From Tubiluchus corallicola (taxonomy: Eukaryota; Animalia; Priapulida), in contig JAQGDQ010000465.1 of assembly GCA_030141605.1 (NCBI GenBank), positions 1-64,000 on the forward strand: 64,000 nt of DNA, read 5' to 3'. Positions 56,101 through 62,100 of this stretch are shown piece by piece. A program made the translations under genes and the position numbers. A model generated the notes under the pieces. It saw only the letters and a program-made list of their open reading frames with translations. It had not been told where the DNA came from and ran no database searches. Within the stretch, counting starts at the first letter, position 1, and the number at the start of each line of letters is the position of its first letter.

Positions 56101-59100
56101 CTGTCCTAGCTCACCTGTCTATCAACAGCCTAAATTTACGATAAACAATATCTTAAACATTGTGATGCTTACAAGCTCTGATGATTTACATGCCATTTTC
56201 AGCCGTTTATCAAAATCGAAAATGGTCGCCATCCTTGCGTGTCTCAGATGTTGGTGGGCGGCGATTTTATTCCGAATCACACCGTGATAGGGACCGTCTC
56301 TGTAAGTGCATCTCTCGGTTACAATGTAAATGTGAAGCTAACCTACGTTTGTCGTTTTTTTCAATTCATAGCACGCATTTATTTCCATATTTACGATATA
56401 AATGAGACAAATAAGTGTATTTGATTATCATATTGGAAATAGGATGACAAAAGATCATAAAGGTCAACTTGGGTAATTTTACCTGACGTAACCTGATGAT
56501 ACCTGATAACCTAATATTACCTGATGTAACCTGATGATACCTGATAACCTAATATTTACCTGATGTAACCTGATGATACCTGATAACCTAATATTACCTG
56601 ATGTAACCTGATGATACCTGATAACCTAATATTTACCTGATGTAACCTGATGATACCTGATAACCTAATATTACCTGATGTAACCTGATGATACCTAATA
56701 ACCTAATATTACCTGATGTAACCTGATGATACCTGATAACCTAACATTACCTGATGTAACTTGATGATACATAATTTATTAGATCTGTGGCGGTTTGCAT
56801 TTGTAAATGATCTTTTTCGAACTTAAGGCCACTATAATTGAGTATTTTTTGTACTCTCATTTTGTACTATACTCATATTTTGTGGATAATTACGCTTGTG
56901 AGTTACTTGGCGAGAAAACTTCCTAGTCTGAACACGCTTGTGAGTTACTTGGTGAGAAAACCTGCTAGTCTGAACACGCTTGTGAGTTACTTGGCGAGAA
57001 AACTTGCTAGTCTGAACACGCTTGTGAGTTTCTTGGTGAGAAAACTTCCTAGTCTGAACACGCTTGTGAGTTACTTGGTGAGAAAACTTGCTAGTCTGAA
57101 CACGCTTGTGAGTTACTTGGTGAGAAAACTTGTTAGTCTGAACACGCTTGTGAGTTACTTGGTGAGAAAACTTGCTAATCTGAACACGCTTGTGAGTTAC
57201 TTGGTGAGAAAACTTGCTAGTCTGAACACACTTGTGAGTTACTTGGTGAGAAAACTTGCTAGTCTGAACACCCTTGTGAGTTACTTGGTGAGAAAACTTG
57301 CTAGTCCGAACACGCTTGTGAGTTACTTGGTGAGAAAACTTGCTAGTCTGAACACGCTTGTGAGTTACTTGGCGAGAAAACTTGCTAGTCTGAACACGCT
57401 TGTGAGTTTACTCGGCGAGAAAACTTACTAGTCTGAACACGCTTGTGAGTTACTTGGTGAGAAAACTTGCTAGTCTGAACACGCTTGTGAGTTAGTTGGT
57501 GAGAAAACTTCCTAGTCTGAACACGCTTGTGAGTTACTTGGTGAGAAAACTTGCTAGTCTGAACACGCTTGTGAGTTACTTGGTGAGAAAACTTCCTAGT
57601 CTGAACACGCTTGTGAGTTACTTGGTGAGAAAACTTGCTAGTCTGAACACGCTTGTGAGTTACTTGGTGAGAAAACTTGTTAGTCTGAACACGCTTGTGA
57701 GTTACTTGGTGAGAAAACTTGCTAGTCTGAACACGCTTGTGAGTTACTTGGTGAGAAAACTTGCTAGTTTGAAAATGTTGTACGAGTTCTTTCCACACAG
57801 TAACAACACTGAGAGCATTTTTCACACTTGCTTGCACAAGCATTCAGTCTGTATTGTGCATTTTCTTGCTTTCTTTCCTATAAAATCAATGGACATGTAA
57901 AACAATGCTTCCTGCAGGATTTCTCCCACAGTGAAGAGGAAGTGAAAGGCAGCGAGGATAGTTGCGTTGTCCTGGTCACGGGTCCAAACATGGGCGGTAA
58001 ATCCACACTCATGCGACAAGTGGGCAACATTGTAGTTCTTGCTCAGCTGGTGAGTGTAACACTGTAGTTCTTGCTCAGCTGGTGAATGCAACATTGTAGT
58101 TCTTGCTCAGCTGGTGAGTGTAACATTGTAGTTCTTGCTCAGCTGGTGAGTGTAGCATTGTAGTTCTTGCTCAGTTAGTGAGTGTAACATTGTAGTTCTT
58201 GCTCAGCTGGTGAGTGTAACATTGTAGTTCTTGCTCAGCTGGTAAGTGTAACATTGTAGTTCTTGCTCAGCTGGTGAATGCAACATTGCAGTTCTTGCTC
58301 AGCTGGTAAGTGTAACCAATTGCAGCTTATGCCAATAATTTGACTCTTTAATATTAATTGTATTATTATTTATTCATATAAGGTGTTGATTATCCATTAA
58401 TTAGAAATGTATGACGTGTTAGCGCCAAATATACAATTAACTATCGCTAACTGTGACATTAAGATTATAATAATCAATTAATTACCCAGATTCAGAATTA
58501 ATAAACATAAAAAAATTAATTTAATTAGTTCGATCTATTATACTATGACGATGTAGCATTGAAAATGGTGAATTTGGTTAGCTAGCTGTAAGGGATGAAT
58601 TTTTGACTGCCTTGATTGCTAGGGAATATAGTGGCCTAGTGATCTAAAGTGTTTGAGATGTAAGCAGAAGGTCCCTGGTTCAAATCCAGGCTTATTCCAA
58701 CTTTTCTCATTTCCTATTTTTCAAGTGCGAGATCAGCAGTTAATTAATTGTGCGTTTATATCATGATTAATGGTAAGCTTGACATTAAGATTATAAAATT
58801 AACGTAATTATAAATGCATGACACAAGTCAAATCATTGTACCTTATGGGTAAATTTGAAGATGAACTATGTTATTGGGGTTAGTAGTCAAAGGTAGGTTT
58901 AATAACGATATGTAATGTTAAAAAGAAAATCAAAACAAAAATTAGGATCAATTTGTATAAAAAAGAATATTAAATTGAGTATTTATGCATGTATTTATTT
59001 CCTCAAATATCAAACGTAATAATATAGTTGTTGATTTAATTGCCATAAATCTTTTTTATACAAATTGATCCTAATTTTTGTTTTGATTTTCTTTTTACGT

Positions 59101-62100
59101 CACTCCATCTTTTATGTCATTCTCACACAACTTGCATTCGCAGTTCAACATTCAGACTAATAACATTTGAGCCATTATCAGTACTACATTCCTTTTATTA
59201 TAGATTATTATTATCGACTTCCCTTCTTGTTATAATGTGATCAGTAATCAGTGAAGAGCATTTCGTTCGTCGTAGTATAGTCTTGTTTCGTCGACGTTTT
59301 TCTCGGCTGAATTGACCAGCCTGCAACTCAAATCTGTAACAAAAGCATAGGAAAAGTAATTAACGGAGATGAGAATGACAAATTGCAAAAAACTGTGAAA
59401 CAGGCCGGGGGTTCGGGGGCTGCGTAGGCCGTAGAGAGCCTCTAAGTGGACTTAAAATATCAGTTACCTTGTTCAAAATATCCAACTATCAAGGATACAT
59501 GATACCTAATTCTCAAAAACACCTAAGTACTGGTCGCTCCTATGCAAAAGTATATAAAAACTGTCTGCAATTGACACAAATAACTCCACGCAATTGATTC
59601 TATATTTTTATACATACAGATATACACGTGGTTACACTGATGTACGTGATGTAAACAAAGTGACGGCCTGCCAACTAGCGGTCAGCTTGTGAAATAATGT
59701 ACTGGGTCCGTAAAAATTTTCTCAATGAATTTACGCGATTTACAAAAATGACACTACTGGTCTTCCAAAAACTTGGAATTCCGCGTATCCAGGGAAAATT
59801 CTCATCCCTGAATTAAGCAATTGTTTATAGGATAAACCTTTTGTGTGTTGTGGTAGAAAAACCTTTTCTGGTGGAATAATTGGACTCTTGAATTGTTTTC
59901 TATTCGTTTGCTGAGGATGTAGAAAATTTCTGTAAATTGAAATCTTGATCGGCCACTTTCCACTTTCATTTTTAGCTTCGTCATTTTGAAACTTGTCTAA
60001 GAGCTTACTTCTGATTTCAAAACCTTGACATGCGAAACTGTCAGTACATCGGGACGCACACATGAACACGGCTCGGCGTTCCTCTGCTGATGTAGGTTTC
60101 ACAAGCGGATTCCTAGTTTGAAAGTAGGCTTGCTTGTACAGAAAACCTGGTAAATAAATAAGTGAGAATTAAAGGAGAAGAACGGGTAATTTTGAAGTTC
60201 GTTCCAGAAACTTTCCGTACAAAGTTATATTATTTACTGCTTACCTGGTTGAAAGACGTGTGCAACTAGAAAAGAAAATGCTTAGTAACTTAAAATGTTT
60301 GCACCAGCTGGTAAAATGTCACCGACTCACCTTCCCAGTGTGCACCATTGACTCACTAAAAATGCGTTATTGATCTTATTAACAGTATTAAGCAGTTTAC
60401 GCTTTTGCTTAGTTAGCAAACTGGGCGCTACGAGTGCTCTGATTATTTTTCAAATTTTTCACAGTGTAATGTAAACTAGTTTCATACGACTTACCCTTAC
60501 ATTTATTACGACTTTTATTACCAGTAGCAACAAGATTCCAGTTGTAAAATTAATAAAAAGATTTGTCCCTTTTGATTCATGTAAGAGCTGGATGAGTTTG
60601 GAGAAAATTGTTAAAAGAAAATTAGAAACCAAAGTGTTTAGAGACTTTTGAGACATCCTGTGTATGTGAATCGTTGCTCGACAACAAAAGTTTTACAGCA
60701 AAAGTCTGTAGTGTGTCAGTTTTCTTACCTGTTTCACACACGGTATGCAAAAGTGCAGTACCGCGTATGTCATCCATTTTTAGCTGCCGCTTTTGCCACA
60801 ACCAAATGTTGTTGCCACTCCCGCTCGGTTCACCAGGTGCCCAGGCTGCAAATGTTACCTCCTTTCCCGTAGATGTCCATTTCCAGGTGCCCTTGTCCAG
60901 ATAACCACTTGTCCATACTCCCTCATAAGGCATTTCAACTGCATGTGAATAAAAATGTAAATGTTGACTGTATGAATAAATATATACTCATATAAATATA
61001 ATTTTTACACTCGAGTTCTGCTTCTTATTCTGTGAAAGCATTTGTATCATATCCAGCTGTTTCTGCAAAATTTTTCTGTATCTCACTTTTAACTTATGCC
61101 ATAGAGAAAGTTGGATATTGTTTTTATAGAGGAATTATCACACACACAGTAGACCAGGTTAATACTACATCAGCTAGGCTGTTGTGGATCTTGTTGGCAC
61201 TACAGTCTGTGCACTGGTTATCTCTAGAAGATAACTCTTACTACATTTCTTAAGAGGAATTATCACACACACAGTAGACCAGGTTAATACTACATCAGCT
61301 AGGCTGTTGTGGATCTTGTTGGCACTACAGTCTGTGCACTGGTTATCTCTAGAAGATAACTCTTACTACATTTCTTAAGAGGAATTATCACACACACAGT
61401 AGACCAGGTTAATACTACATCAGCTGGGCTGTTGTGGATCTTGTTGGCATTACAGTCTGTGCACTGGTTATCTCTAGAAGACAACTCTTACTGCATTTCT
61501 TAAGAGGAATTATCACACACACAGTAGACCAGGTTAATACTACATCAGCTAGGCTGTTGTGGATCTTGTTGGCACTACAGTCTGTGCACTGGTTATCTCT
61601 AGAAGATAACTCTTACTACATTTCTTAAGAGGAATTATCACACACACAGTAGACCAGGTTAATACTACATCAGCTGGGCTGTTGTGGATCTTGTTGGCAC
61701 TACAGTCTGTGCACTGGTTATCTCTAGAAGATAACTCTTACTACATTTCTTAAGAGGAATTATCACAAACACAGTACAGAAATTACTAAATTTTTCGAAG
61801 CACTTACCATGTTCAATGTTCAGCCATATCACCACGGCTAGATACTCGTCTTCTGTCTCAGTACTCAACAGTTGACTGTCCAAACTTTGGCAGTATGCTG
61901 TTGCCTGCTGCACATTCAAAGCATTAGTTGCAAAGTGATAACAGCCGCTACCATGTGGCCCCACGGATGTGAAGTTCATCGGGCAAATGCCTATCAGTAC
62001 ATAGACACATGTGATTGACTGTCAGTTTTATGATGTTCATTTCGTATACTTCTTGTTCTTGTTTCTATTTGTTAATAGATTTGCAAGCCATCTTATATGT

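Noticed and set aside
56838-57900. Leu-rich repetitive ORFs ([14 protein letters not shown])n resembling LRR or coiled coil
   Set aside because: They come from a 42-bp (14-codon) minisatellite in an MSH6 intron, with a frameshifting indel mid-array.
58622-58700. Genuine tRNA genes (also 45721, 38080-38150, 3620-3700)
   Set aside because: A/B boxes are present but the cloverleaf stems are degenerate; these are better explained as SINE heads.
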